Notes under the pieces: generated by a model | Told to the model about the DNA's origin: nothing | What the model saw: only the letters and a program-made list of their open reading frames with translations | Database searches by the model: none | Assembly (NCBI RefSeq): GCF_000142905.1 | Contig: NW_013657646.1 | Coordinates: forward strand, 124,001-188,000 | Source: Thecamonas trahens ATCC 50062 | Taxonomy: Eukaryota; Protista; Apusomonadida | Length of the DNA: 64,000 nt | Direction: 5' to 3' | Position numbers and translations under genes: made by a program | Shown here: piece after piece, positions 23,235 through 33,167 of the stretch | Layout of the letters: every line of letters starts with the position of its first letter | Position numbering within the stretch: the stretch's first letter is position 1

Positions 23235-23451
23235 GGTCCTGTCACACAACCGGTTGGCGAGGTGGAGTGCGGTGCGGTGCGCGGGCGGGGGAAGGGGAGG
23301 GAAGGGGAGGGCCGTGTTCCGGGGAACTCCGCGCGGAATCGGCGCGAACGAACGAGCGGACGAACGACGAGTGGTGGAGGGACCGGGCGAGCGGACATGG
23401 CGATCAAGCAGAGGGCGAACAACTGTATGTGGCGGGCCTTGTTTTGGGGGT

Positions 23452-26046
23452 TTATGCTGCAAGGACTGACTTTGCTGTGGCAATGAGCGCGTTGGCGGAG
23501 GAGGTGTCGCCGAGGGTGGACGCGAGCCACTTGCGAGCCTTGGAGATGACGAGCTCGATCTCATCGTAGTACGCGCGGAAGTGCGGGCTGGCAAAGTAGG
23601 CAAGGACGAGGGCGGTGACCCAGGCGCTCTCCGAGGCCGCACCAGCGGTGCTCGGCTTGGTCGTCTTGCCCGAGGGAAGATGCGCGAGTGCCGACGCCCC
23701 AAACATGCCCTTGGTCGACTGGAGCATGGCGAGTTCGACAGCGATGGACTGGTAGTCGACGGCAGGCGCGCTGGCAGCAGGTGCAGCGAGACAGTTCTCC
23801 ATCGCAAGCTCCATCGGCATCGCGTCGCAGTCGTCATCAACATCAAACGAGAGGCTGTTGCACATCGCCATCGGTGCGGGCGCAGCCGAGCAGCTCATCG
23901 CAAACACCGGCATAGGCGGGGCCGACGCGCATGCGGCAAACATTCGCGGGGCGGTTGAGGGCATGCCGCCAAAGCCGCCAGTCATGCCCCCGCCGCCGCT
24001 GCGGCGGGCCCGGCTCATCTTCTTGCGTGCACCGCCACGGCCCCGGTTACGTCCCTGCAGGCGCATCGCCGGCGGAGCCCGCGGTGCGATAAGCACGGCA
24101 CGGGCGCCAGCATGGCCGACGATCTGCATGCGCTCGGCGTCCGATCGATGCTCGACAGCCACAAACGAGGTCTTAGTCGAGGCGAGGCCAAAGGCGGTGC
24201 CGAGGCGGACGATTTCGGCGCTGATGGCGGCCGAGCCGGCTGCTGTGGCGTGCATGTACGACGAGCCCTCCTCGAGATCGCGGATGAGCGCGCGCGCGGC
24301 AAGCGCGTGAACGGTCTCGCCCTCGACAGCCTGCAGCGTCTCGAGAGAGACAGCAAAGTCAATCTCGCCCGATGCGTCGTAGAGCCGGAGTCTGGCAGGC
24401 GTACCGAACGAGGGCTTGAAAAAGGCAAAGGCGACAAAGCGCTCGCCGTTGAACAGCGCCGGGGCTGAGTACGGGGCCTGGACAACAGCAGAGGCTGGAG
24501 CGGAAGTCGAAGGCGCCGACACGGATGAAGCCGCGCCAGCGCTGTCGGCTGCGTTGGCCTTGGGCGCGATGCGCAAGACCTTGCGGGTGGTGGCCGGCGG
24601 CGCGGCCTTGGATGCGGTGAGATGAGGAGGGCGCGCAACGTTGGTCCGGGCAACCGAGCCGTCGGTCGACGTCCACTCGAGCGTAAGGCCCGTGATCTGC
24701 GGCTGGAGCGCTTGCTTGAGCTGACGGACGACAGTGGCGGTGAGGACGGCAGCGGCGTCATCGTCAATGAAGAACGCGGTGCCGTTGCCGGCGCGGGCCA
24801 TGCCGTTGACCAGCGCGCGCGAGGCGCCGTTGCCGAGGCCAAGGGTAAAGACGCGGGTCGGTGATGTCGCCGCCTTGAGGGCCGAGGCCACCGCCTGGAT
24901 CACTGTGTTGGTGTTGGAGACTTGGCCATCGGTGAGGACAAAGACCTGGCGGCTGAAACCCGGGCGAGTGGGTGAAGCAAAGACGGCCTTGAGCGGAGCG
25001 AGGAGCTCGGTCCCGCCGAGGTTTGCGCCCATGCCCGCGATGTGGGCGGTTGCCCGGGCGAGCGTCTGGTCGTTGTATGGCACGGCGGCGCCGAGATCAA
25101 AGCAAAAGTCGGTCCGTGAGCCAAATCCGATAATGTTGAAGTAGCAGTCCTCCGGGAGTGAACGGAGGAAGAGCTGCAGGGCCTTGCGGGCGTGCTCGAT
25201 CTTGGAGCCGCCCATCGAGCCTGAGCGGTCGATGACAAAGACAAGCTCGGTGCGCTGGTCAGGCACCTCGAGCTGAGGCGTGAACGAGACCATAGCGGCC
25301 TGAGTCGTCACGCCCGACGGCAGGCTCCGGTTCTCGACAAGGAGGATCGGGCCGGGTGGGGTGACGGCGACGGCGTTGAGGACAAAGTCTGTCTCGAGCG
25401 AAGCGAGGGAGACGGATATCGATGCCCCGGCTCCGTCGTCCGAGACGACGACCGAGTCAACAACGTCCGGGTGCGAGGGAGAGTCCATCTCGGCGAGCCC
25501 GGGGCTCATCGTCCACTGGACGACGAGATCGAGCGGGACGGTGGCGTCGAGGTGCTTAGCCTCGGGCGCGAGCGAGGCGCCGTACTTGGGCGCAAGTCGG
25601 TTGGGAACAACAAATGAGTACACATCGCCGCGAGTCCGCAGATTGGCCACGTACGTGGTGGTGATGGTGACCTCGGCGCCCGACGGGATGTTGCCGACGG
25701 CGATGGTGAAGTGCTCTGACGAAACCGAGTCGAGAAGGTACGCGCCATCGCCGCGAGCGAGTGCGGCGTCGTACTCAGCCTTGGCAGCGCCAGACTCTTC
25801 GACGCGGGCAGTGACGATGCGGCCGTTGCAATTGGCCTCAAAGCTGACCACTGCCGCGCCCTCGTCCATGGGGAGCAGGTATGTCGCTTCAAGCGAAGCC
25901 GTCGTCACGTTGGAGAAGGTTTGCGTGAGGGCGACGCGGGCACAGCCGTCGGCGATGGTCGCTGCCACCGAGGCTGCGGAGAGAGGCAGCGCCGTCCGGC
26001 GCTGGTACGAGGGATGAACGTAGTAGAGTCCTGCGGGAATAAGCAT
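23452..26046 (-). CDS. VIT + von Willebrand A domain protein (VWA5A-like)
   Basis: VIT (LTQTFSN..LEATYLLP..AAVVSFEA), vWA MIDAS DRSGSM, GGTE, VLTDG, and C-terminal SFVAVE and WVTAL. Confidence 0.9.
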   Translation of the reverse strand: MLIPAGLYYVHPSYQRRTALPLSAASVAATIADGCARVALTQTFSNVTTASLEATYLLPMDEGAAVVSFEANCNGRIVTARVEESGAAKAEYDAALARGDGAYLLDSVSSEHFTIAVGNIPSGAEVTITTTYVANLRTRGDVYSFVVPNRLAPKYGASLAPEAKHLDATVPLDLVVQWTMSPGLAEMDSPSHPDVVDSVVVSDDGAGASISVSLASLETDFVLNAVAVTPPGPILLVENRSLPSGVTTQAAMVSFTPQLEVPDQRTELVFVIDRSGSMGGSKIEHARKALQLFLRSLPEDCYFNIIGFGSRTDFCFDLGAAVPYNDQTLARATAHIAGMGANLGGTELLAPLKAVFASPTRPGFSRQVFVLTDGQVSNTNTVIQAVASALKAATSPTRVFTLGLGNGASRALVNGMARAGNGTAFFIDDDAAAVLTATVVRQLKQALQPQITGLTLEWTSTDGSVARTNVARPPHLTASKAAPPATTRKVLRIAPKANAADSAGAASSVSAPSTSAPASAVVQAPYSAPALFNGERFVAFAFFKPSFGTPARLRLYDASGEIDFAVSLETLQAVEGETVHALAARALIRDLEEGSSYMHATAAGSAAISAEIVRLGTAFGLASTKTSFVAVEHRSDAERMQIVGHAGARAVLIAPRAPPAMRLQGRNRGRGGARKKMSRARRSGGGGMTGGFGGMPSTAPRMFAACASAPPMPVFAMSCSAAPAPMAMCNSLSFDVDDDCDAMPMELAMENCLAAPAASAPAVDYQSIAVELAMLQSTKGMFGASALAHLPSGKTTKPSTAGAASESAWVTALVLAYFASPHFRAYYDEIELVISKARKWLASTLGDTSSANALIATAKSVLAA

Positions 26047-26343
26047 GTCAAGTTTTGTTAGATGTGATGGTTGCCTGGAGTAGGTCTGTGAGCCTGCGCG
26101 TTCTTGCTTGCTTTTTGACCACTTTGCAACGCCAAACCGCGTTCGAACGGAAAAACGCGGTTCGAAAGGAAGCATCAACGCATGTGTCCAACGTTTGCCG
26201 GTCAAGATGACGGCACGAGGAGCCTGATCGGAGAGCAGACTCACTGCATGACATAGTTGCGGAGGTAGAGGACGGTGCAGATGGTAGATGCACAGGTAGA
26301 GGATGGCTTTGGTGAGATGAAAGGCAGGGTGAGCGCGGGAGGT

Positions 26344-26354
26344 AAAAAAAAAAA
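26344..26354 (-). terminator. Pol III oligo-T terminator of tRNA-Arg
   Basis: A11 on the plus strand is T11 on the minus strand, ~18 nt downstream of the tRNA 3' end. Confidence 0.75.
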
Positions 26355-26371
26355 GGCATCTGGTGATGCAA

Positions 26372-26448
26372 AGTCCCCGGCGAGATTCGAACTCGCGTGA
26401 CGTGCTTACGATAGAAGGCACGGATCCTAACCACTGGATGACGAGGAC
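26372..26448 (-). tRNA. tRNA-Arg(TCT) with putative 5-nt intron (26407..26411)
   Basis: Minus strand reads GTCCTCG-TC-ATCC AGTGGTTA GGAT-C-CGTGC CT TCT A[TCGTA]A GCACG-TCAC-GCGAG TTCGAAT CTCGC-CGGGGAC-T. All four stems pair; 72 nt after intron removal. Confidence 0.85.
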
Positions 26449-26648
26449 AAACGTGGGAGAAAAAAAGTCTCACTTGTTTTTAACGCATACATTTGATTGG
26501 CTCTGCCGCCTCGCACCCGTTTCCTTCCATTCCGCCGCACGACGGCAGCGAGGAGAGCCAATACGCGAGCCGAGCACGGTGGCGGGCTGCAAAGTGTGGG
26601 GCACACTTTGCTCGCGGCGCGGGAAAAGTGGCACAAGGCTCGTAGGGA

Positions 26649-27902
26649 ATGTCGTCGCTGCGTATTGCGGTGCCCGACGGGTGCAGCGTGGTGGACGCTG
26701 GGCGTGTGGTGGCCGGGGCGAAGCGGGCCGACGTGTGGACGGCGTACGAGGCGGTCCCTCACGGCCTGCTGGGCACAGGCGCGTCGTCTGTGGTCCGCAA
26801 GGTGGTGCGCCGGAGCGACCGGCGGCTGTTTGCGCTCAAGATCATCGACAAAGCCGGCGTCGGTGAGCTCCGGCAAGTGGCCAACGAGGTGCGTCTGCTG
26901 CGCAAGATTGCTGGCGACCGCAAGCGGGCGCACCCGGGCCTTGTCCATCTGTATGAAGTGTACGAGTCGGAGACACAGGTGGCGCTGGTCATGGAGCTCT
27001 GCTCCGGTGGCGAACTCTTTGACCGGCTGCGCCGGCTGCGCGTCTTCCGCGAGGCCGACGCTGCGTCGATCATGGCCCAGCTCCTCGCTGCCATCCAATA
27101 CTTGCACGGGCGCGGTCTGGTCCATCGCGACATCAAGCCGGAGAACATTGTGTTCTCGGAGCCGCACTCGCTTGCCATCCGCGTCATCGACCTCGGCCTT
27201 GCCAAGAACTTGCATGGCAAGGGGACGCGGACGCCGTGTGGGACGCCGGCGTTCCTGGCGCCCGAGCTCGTCCAGTCGCACCTCGACGAGCACGGCGGCG
27301 CAGCGTACGACCACCGCATCGACATCTGGGCCGCCGGCTGTGTCTTGTATGCCATGCTCTGCGGCTTTGCGCCGTTTACGCCACAGGTCGGCGACCCCGA
27401 TGCCATGCTTGACGCCATCCGCTCCGGTAAGCTCGCCTTTCCGTCGCCGCACTGGGACGCCATCTCGCCCGAGGCGCGCGACCTCGTCGCCGGCCTGCTG
27501 AGGGTCGATCCCGCAGCGCGGCTGACTGCGAGCCAGGCGCTGGCGCACCCTTGGCTTTCGGGAGCTCGCGGGAGCTCGCCGCCGCTGCCCTCACTGATCG
27601 AGGGTGAGACCGGCGGGCAGGGCTCATCGGCCGGCTCGGGCATTGCCACCGCGCCACACCTGGCGCTCAACTCTTCGGTCCAGGCCCAGCTCGACGTTGC
27701 CATTGCGTATGAGGCCTCGTCGTCGCTTGACGCCTCCGCGTCGCCGACCGCCAGTGCCCGCCGCCACGGCCACCCGCACCAGCCGGCGCGCCGACGCCAC
27801 GGCGGCGACGGTATCTCCTTTGTCGAGCTCTCATCGGCGCTGCAGCACCTGGAGCACAGCCACAAGTCCGACGACGACTCGACACACTCGAGTGAGAGCT
27901 GA
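26649..27902 (+). CDS. CaMK-group Ser/Thr protein kinase
   Basis: GTGASSVV, FALKII, ELCSGGELFD, HRDIKPEN, DLG (for DFG), CGTPAFLAPE, DIWAAG and HPWL. Confidence 0.9.
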   Translation: MSSLRIAVPDGCSVVDAGRVVAGAKRADVWTAYEAVPHGLLGTGASSVVRKVVRRSDRRLFALKIIDKAGVGELRQVANEVRLLRKIAGDRKRAHPGLVHLYEVYESETQVALVMELCSGGELFDRLRRLRVFREADAASIMAQLLAAIQYLHGRGLVHRDIKPENIVFSEPHSLAIRVIDLGLAKNLHGKGTRTPCGTPAFLAPELVQSHLDEHGGAAYDHRIDIWAAGCVLYAMLCGFAPFTPQVGDPDAMLDAIRSGKLAFPSPHWDAISPEARDLVAGLLRVDPAARLTASQALAHPWLSGARGSSPPLPSLIEGETGGQGSSAGSGIATAPHLALNSSVQAQLDVAIAYEASSSLDASASPTASARRHGHPHQPARRRHGGDGISFVELSSALQHLEHSHKSDDDSTHSSES

Positions 27903-27944
27903 GCGAAGAGTGCAGCACGTTGGCGGCTAAGGAATGAAATACAT

Positions 27945-30900
27945 TTACCCGCGAGGCAGGCGTGAGCGGTTGTGGGCAAAGCGGAGCTCCGGTGAGAGCT
28001 TGCGCTGCTGGTAGCGCTTCTGAGAGCGCTGCCGGGCAGCGAGTGCGGCGGCGGCGCCTGATCCTGAACCCGGTGACGAGCCGGTCCGAGCGCCCGACTC
28101 GTCCGAGCTTGGAGAGCTGGTGTTGTTGCGGATGCGCTTGCGGACGCGTGAGCGGCGGCCGCGCGGGCGGGCGCTGGAGTGCGACGGCGGCGCAACCGGC
28201 GGCGACGGCTCGGTCTTACGCCGCGACCGCAGCCGGTCGCGAATTCGCTGCTTGCGCTGGTCACGAATCGTCCGTTCCTGTGACGAGAGCAGCGCTTTAG
28301 GCCTTGCCGAGCTCGACGACGTCGGCCGTGAAGCTGGCGGCGGTGAGTGCCGGAGCGCAAGGTCGGCAGACATCGCCTCCATCCGCAAGATCTCGCGCAT
28401 CATACCCTGGTACTCGTCGGACGAGATGACCTGTCCGCCAGTCATTGCAGCCACTTCTGCGAACTCAGTAGCGCCAGCGCCAGCGGCTGTTCCGGTACTG
28501 GCACGCGGCTGTGCATCGCCGGCGTCATCGGCATCGGACGAGTCGGACGCAGACCCAGGACGGGGTGAGGTTGAGGACTGCGTCGATGGCGCGGTAACCG
28601 GCAGTGGCGGGAGTGTGGGTGGGTGGCGGCGGTGCGGCCGTGGCGGAACGCGCGGGGCAGGGGCGATCTGCGGCGCCAGTGCCGCAAGACGCTCCGACGA
28701 TGCTGTCGTTGTCGATGACGACGAGCCGGTCGACGCCACCGAAGTTGCCGACACGGTCCGCTGGAGCGGCGCAAGCGGGGCGGCCCGCAGCGGCTGGGCC
28801 ACCGGCGGCCGCGCCGACGGCGACGACGGCAGCTTTAGCGACGACGACGACGATGAGCCTGCGCCTATTGAGTGAACAGAGGCAGATGGCGCCATCCGTA
28901 CTGTCGAGTCCGAGCCCGAGTCCGACGCATACTCGGAAGACCACCAAGAGCCGCCAGACTCGACGCCGCCATCCGTGTCTGTGTCAGCGTGCTTGGCGTT
29001 TGGCATGCGAGCCTTTTGCTTCAACTGGCTGACGCGCCCGACGGCCCGGGCAGCGACTTGCTCGACTTCGACATCATACGGCGAGTCGCTGTCGGGCGCA
29101 GTGGCTGCGGCAACAAGGCCGGCGGCCGAAGGCGAGAGAACCAGATTGTCAACATCAATAGAGAGCTCAAGAGGCGACCGCGACCGCGACCGCGACCGCG
29201 ACCGCGACCGCGACAACGAGGCCGATCGCGATTGGGCCTCGAGTGACTTGGCAGCGGCAACCGTCTCGTGGCCTTGGTCGCACAGGAGCGGAAGAAGCGG
29301 CGGAAGCGCGTCAAGGGCCGCATGTAGAGGATCGTCGGCGTCCGACGACGACGACGAGCTATTGTGGAGGAGGCCGGACATACCCGATGGCTCGAGGGCG
29401 GCGGCACCCGGGTCGTCCCAGCCATGGTCGGCCAGGACCCGTGACTGTGCAGCAATGAGCGCGTTCTTAAAGGTGAGCTCGGCGCGTAGTTGGCGGATGA
29501 GGAGCTGCGAACGCGAGGCCGAGGCATCGGGACCAGACGAGGCCTTGGTGCGAAGGGTGATGTTCTCTGCCTCGAGGAGGCGGACCTGCTGCTCAAGCTC
29601 AACAATGTCAAGGGCGCGACCAGACTCGCCGGCGGAGAACATGTCGACGACGGCCGACGCGTGGACGTCACACTTGTCGAGCTCGGTCTGCAGGGCGGCA
29701 CGGGTGACAAGGAGCTTGGCGGCACGGGCCGAGGCGGCGTCGCCGGCAGTGCGCGCAGCGACTACGTGAGGCGGGAGCGCGGCCGGCGAGTTGACCGACT
29801 TGTGCGGCGAATGAGCGGCGTAGTGCGAGAGAGTTACCTGGGCGCGGAGCTGAGTCGCCTGAGCGACGGCGACAGCCTCATCGATGCGGGCCAGCTTGGC
29901 AGCGAGCTCGCGGCGGCGGAGAAAGTTGGAGCGGAGCGCAGATCGGGCCTGGCGGAGGGCTGTGCGGTTGGAAAAGCCGGCCGGTCCACCACCGGGCGGC
30001 GCCGTGGCCGGGCGGGCCGGCTCCGAGTGCTCCGACGTGCGCATTGGCGAGGCAACAGTGCGGAGCTGGTCCTGCAGCGAAGCAACCTGGGCACGGAGCT
30101 CGTCGATGACGTCGTTGAGCTGGGTGACTCTGTAGTCGACGGCGTGGGTGTTCCGGACCGGTCGGGTGCGGATAGTGGAGACACGCGCGGCGTACTTGAG
30201 CGTGTTGAGCGTCTCCTCGTAGGCGGCGGCGGTCGGAGCCACGTTGGCAATCATGACAGTCTGCGAGTTTCCACCGAGCGAGTCCTTGAGCAAGCGGGTG
30301 AGCTTCGAGTCGCGGTAGTTGATAAATGGGGTTCGCGGGCGGGCGGCGGTGGCGGCGTCAGCGAGGGCGTTGATGCAGTTGCCGAGAGCAAGGAGAGAGC
30401 GGTTGATGTTGGCGCCTTCAACCTTGCGCAGGCCCGAGTTGCGGGTCGCTGCCGCGCGCTCCGAGCCGGCCAGGTCGATGAGCGAGAGCTTGGCGGTGAC
30501 AACCGAGTCTGCGACGACAGTCTTGGTGACAAAAACCTGGAGGATGGCGTGGGAGCGCGAGGAGACGAGGTTTGCAGCGGTTGGTTCGGTCGTTCGCATG
30601 GCCGAGCCGCGAGCAACAAGCTCCATGCCCTGCTCGAGCGAGGTGAACGGGTGGTAAGTGAGGCCCGAGACGACCAGAGCTCCGGCCCTGTCCTCGCGAA
30701 GCTCGAGTGGCTCCGACTCGGGGTTGAGCAAGTCGATGACCGACTCGTTGTAGATCTCCATGTAGGCGATGGCGAGGTCAAAGGCCGACGCGTCGAGGCC
30801 TTCGGAGGCAGTAGCCGTGGCAGCCGCGGCGAGGACGGCGGCGAGAGTGCGCGGGATGAGGCCGGCACCGCGGCCGCGGGTGGCATACTCGGCGCCGTCA

Positions 30901-31328
30901 TCAGAGGCGCCGAGCATGGTGTAAGTCTTGCCTGCGCCAGTGGCGCCGTATGCAAAGACGCAGCCGTTGAAGCCGTCGAGAACAGCGTCCAGCAGCGGTG
31001 AGACAGCCAGCTCAAAGACCTCGTCCTGTGAGGCATAGGCCGAGCAGACGGCGTCATAGGCAAAGACCTTGGAGCGCGAGTTGGAGGCAGCCGACGACGG
31101 ACGTGACGGTGGCGAGGCCACAGGCGACTGCGATCGCGGAACCGAGGCATCTCGCGCCTGCCGCGGCAACGACAGTGGGTCCACCAGCTCCACCATGTTC
31201 TGCGAGCGAGCCACCGAGACCACCACCTGGGCTTGTCGCGCCTCTTCCGACGCCGACACCGGCCGGGGTCTCACAATGACCTTGATAGCCTTGTCACCAG
31301 GAGGCTCTGGCGAGGTGGCGTCCGCCAT
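27945..31328 (-). CDS. Kinesin-8 (KIF18/KIF19-like)
   Basis: GATGAGKT, SSRSHA, LIDLAGSERA..EGANINRSLLALGNCINAL and NYRDSKLTRLLKDSLGGN. Confidence 0.9.
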   Translation of the reverse strand: MADATSPEPPGDKAIKVIVRPRPVSASEEARQAQVVVSVARSQNMVELVDPLSLPRQARDASVPRSQSPVASPPSRPSSAASNSRSKVFAYDAVCSAYASQDEVFELAVSPLLDAVLDGFNGCVFAYGATGAGKTYTMLGASDDGAEYATRGRGAGLIPRTLAAVLAAAATATASEGLDASAFDLAIAYMEIYNESVIDLLNPESEPLELREDRAGALVVSGLTYHPFTSLEQGMELVARGSAMRTTEPTAANLVSSRSHAILQVFVTKTVVADSVVTAKLSLIDLAGSERAAATRNSGLRKVEGANINRSLLALGNCINALADAATAARPRTPFINYRDSKLTRLLKDSLGGNSQTVMIANVAPTAAAYEETLNTLKYAARVSTIRTRPVRNTHAVDYRVTQLNDVIDELRAQVASLQDQLRTVASPMRTSEHSEPARPATAPPGGGPAGFSNRTALRQARSALRSNFLRRRELAAKLARIDEAVAVAQATQLRAQVTLSHYAAHSPHKSVNSPAALPPHVVAARTAGDAASARAAKLLVTRAALQTELDKCDVHASAVVDMFSAGESGRALDIVELEQQVRLLEAENITLRTKASSGPDASASRSQLLIRQLRAELTFKNALIAAQSRVLADHGWDDPGAAALEPSGMSGLLHNSSSSSSDADDPLHAALDALPPLLPLLCDQGHETVAAAKSLEAQSRSASLSRSRSRSRSRSRSPLELSIDVDNLVLSPSAAGLVAAATAPDSDSPYDVEVEQVAARAVGRVSQLKQKARMPNAKHADTDTDGGVESGGSWWSSEYASDSGSDSTVRMAPSASVHSIGAGSSSSSSLKLPSSPSARPPVAQPLRAAPLAPLQRTVSATSVASTGSSSSTTTASSERLAALAPQIAPAPRVPPRPHRRHPPTLPPLPVTAPSTQSSTSPRPGSASDSSDADDAGDAQPRASTGTAAGAGATEFAEVAAMTGGQVISSDEYQGMMREILRMEAMSADLALRHSPPPASRPTSSSSARPKALLSSQERTIRDQRKQRIRDRLRSRRKTEPSPPVAPPSHSSARPRGRRSRVRKRIRNNTSSPSSDESGARTGSSPGSGSGAAAALAARQRSQKRYQQRKLSPELRFAHNRSRLPRG

Positions 31329-31672
31329 AGCGGTATAGAGGGAGAGGAAGAGGGGAAGGAGGGGGGGGGGGGGGGGGGGAGGGGGAGGGGGGTACAGGGT
31401 GAAGTGGAGGAAGCCTTCTGTCGTCGTCGCCACAAGTCACCACCGCACGCGTCGGCTGTCTGACGTGGTTGTTCGTGTTCGGTGGTCGACAAAGTGGCAA
31501 GGCCACACGGGAGTTTCGGCTGGTAGTGTGACAAATGGTTGCGGTGTGACGGTCAGTTACGCCTTTCACGACCTTTCTCTGACGTTGGTGGACGTTGGTA
31601 GACGGCTGGTTGGTGGGTAGAGAGAGCAAGGACTTGGTTGTAGACTCAGCTGCAAGTCGGTAGGAGGGTATA

Positions 31673-33076
31673 ATGGCTGACAGAGGTGATGACAGAGGTG
31701 GCAGACAGAAAGGTGGGGGCTGGGGCGGGGACGTGGGTGGCTCGCCGGAGCGGGTTGGGGAAGGGTCGCCGGGGAGCGAAGGCATGGAACACGAGGACCT
31801 GCTGACGCGGCTGCTGGACAAGCTGACGGCCGAGGGCAACGAGAGCGCAGGCTCGCGGGCCAAAGTGGCGGCGCGGATCAAGGAGATGTGGGCGTCCAAG
31901 GGCAAGCCGTTCATTTCAGACAAGGTGGCGCGGGTGAATGACCGGGTGGCGCGCGGGCGTGGTGCGTGGCGCAAGGTGGTGACGGGCAAGGAGGATGTGA
32001 GGATCCGCGACCACATCCGGGAGCGGATCAGAACACCTAAGGCGGTGCGGATGAAGGACAAGCTCTCGTTCCTGCTGGGCATTCTGGTGGGCATCATCCT
32101 CACCGAGTACGTCATGATCCTGTACCCAGTGCTGTTTGGCGCTTGGTTCGCGCTCATCATGCCGGCGCTCTGCGTGGCGCGGTACGTCATGTACGCAAAG
32201 CTCAACTGGCACCTCTTCCTTATGGACTTTTGCTACGTGGTGCAGGCGCTGTGCCTGATCTCTGTGTGGACGCCCGCGTCTGCTACCGAATGGCATGCCG
32301 CCATCTTTACGCTCGCCAACGGCCCGCTCCTCTGGGCCATTCCCACCTGGCGGTGCTCGATGGTCTTCCACTCGCTGGACAAGGTCACCTCGGTCTTTAT
32401 CCACGCCTTTCCGGCCATGCTCACCTTTACCCTCCACTGGTACCCTGCGGTGCCCGAGGGCGTGAGTCTGGCGACGGCGGCAACGACGCAGTGGGCCGAG
32501 TACAACACCATGGCGTCGCACTTTCACGCACCCATCTCGTTTGTGGGCTGGTTTGTCATGCCGATGGCCATCTACCTTGTGTGGCAAGTTCTGTACTACT
32601 ACAAGACCGAGGTCCGCGACCGGTCCAAGTTCGAGGCCGACAAGACGCTGACGACCTCGCTGCGCTGGCTCTCGGCCGACGACAAGAACCCGATGCACAA
32701 GTTGGTGCTCTCGCTCCTGCGGCGCATCGGCGTCATGGGACCGACCGAGAAGTTTGATGCCTCGACAGTCAAGACCAAGGTCATCTTTATGGCCACGCAG
32801 TTTGTGTACACCGTCATCACCATCTTGCCCATTCCGATCATCTACTCTTCTGTCCATCTGCACATTGCGCTCCTCGTCGCACTCCTAGGCGTCTCGCTCT
32901 GGAACGGTGCCAACTTTTACTTTGACGTCTTCTCGCGGCGATACGAGGCCAAGTTTGCCGACGGGCGCCACAACGTGTCCAGCGCAATTGGCATCGATCC
33001 GCCGGCGGTGCTTGCCGGCTCGCCGCCGGCGTCGCCGGTTACACCAGTCTCGCCATCGTTGCCGAAGCGGGACTGA
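31673..33076 (+). CDS. GPC1: Glycerophosphocholine acyltransferase (Gpc1/DUF2838 family)
   Basis: DKLSF, FLMDFCY, GPLLWAIPTWRCSMVFHSLDKVTSVFIH and WNGANFYFDVFSRRY; multi-TM. Confidence 0.85.
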   Translation: MADRGDDRGGRQKGGGWGGDVGGSPERVGEGSPGSEGMEHEDLLTRLLDKLTAEGNESAGSRAKVAARIKEMWASKGKPFISDKVARVNDRVARGRGAWRKVVTGKEDVRIRDHIRERIRTPKAVRMKDKLSFLLGILVGIILTEYVMILYPVLFGAWFALIMPALCVARYVMYAKLNWHLFLMDFCYVVQALCLISVWTPASATEWHAAIFTLANGPLLWAIPTWRCSMVFHSLDKVTSVFIHAFPAMLTFTLHWYPAVPEGVSLATAATTQWAEYNTMASHFHAPISFVGWFVMPMAIYLVWQVLYYYKTEVRDRSKFEADKTLTTSLRWLSADDKNPMHKLVLSLLRRIGVMGPTEKFDASTVKTKVIFMATQFVYTVITILPIPIIYSSVHLHIALLVALLGVSLWNGANFYFDVFSRRYEAKFADGRHNVSSAIGIDPPAVLAGSPPASPVTPVSPSLPKRD

Positions 33077-33167
33077 CGGCGACGTGGCTTGCTCCTCCTA
33101 TTGGCTATGGCGAGAGGAGCTTGATTGAAACGCGCTACATCTTCATCCGTGTTTTACCGGCACAGCC

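Noticed and set aside
23235-23846. N-terminal extension of the ankyrin ORF overlapping the VWA gene
   Set aside because: It is an alternate-frame read-through of the upstream gene's 3' end and spacer.
26047-26421. N-terminal extension of the VWA5A-like ORF
   Set aside because: It has a non-ATG start, overlaps the tRNA-Arg gene and its terminator, and the VIT domain begins right after Met at 26046.
27185-27205. DLG instead of DFG as a sign of a pseudokinase
   Set aside because: The catalytic Lys, HRD and Mg-binding Asp are intact, and DLG occurs in active kinases.
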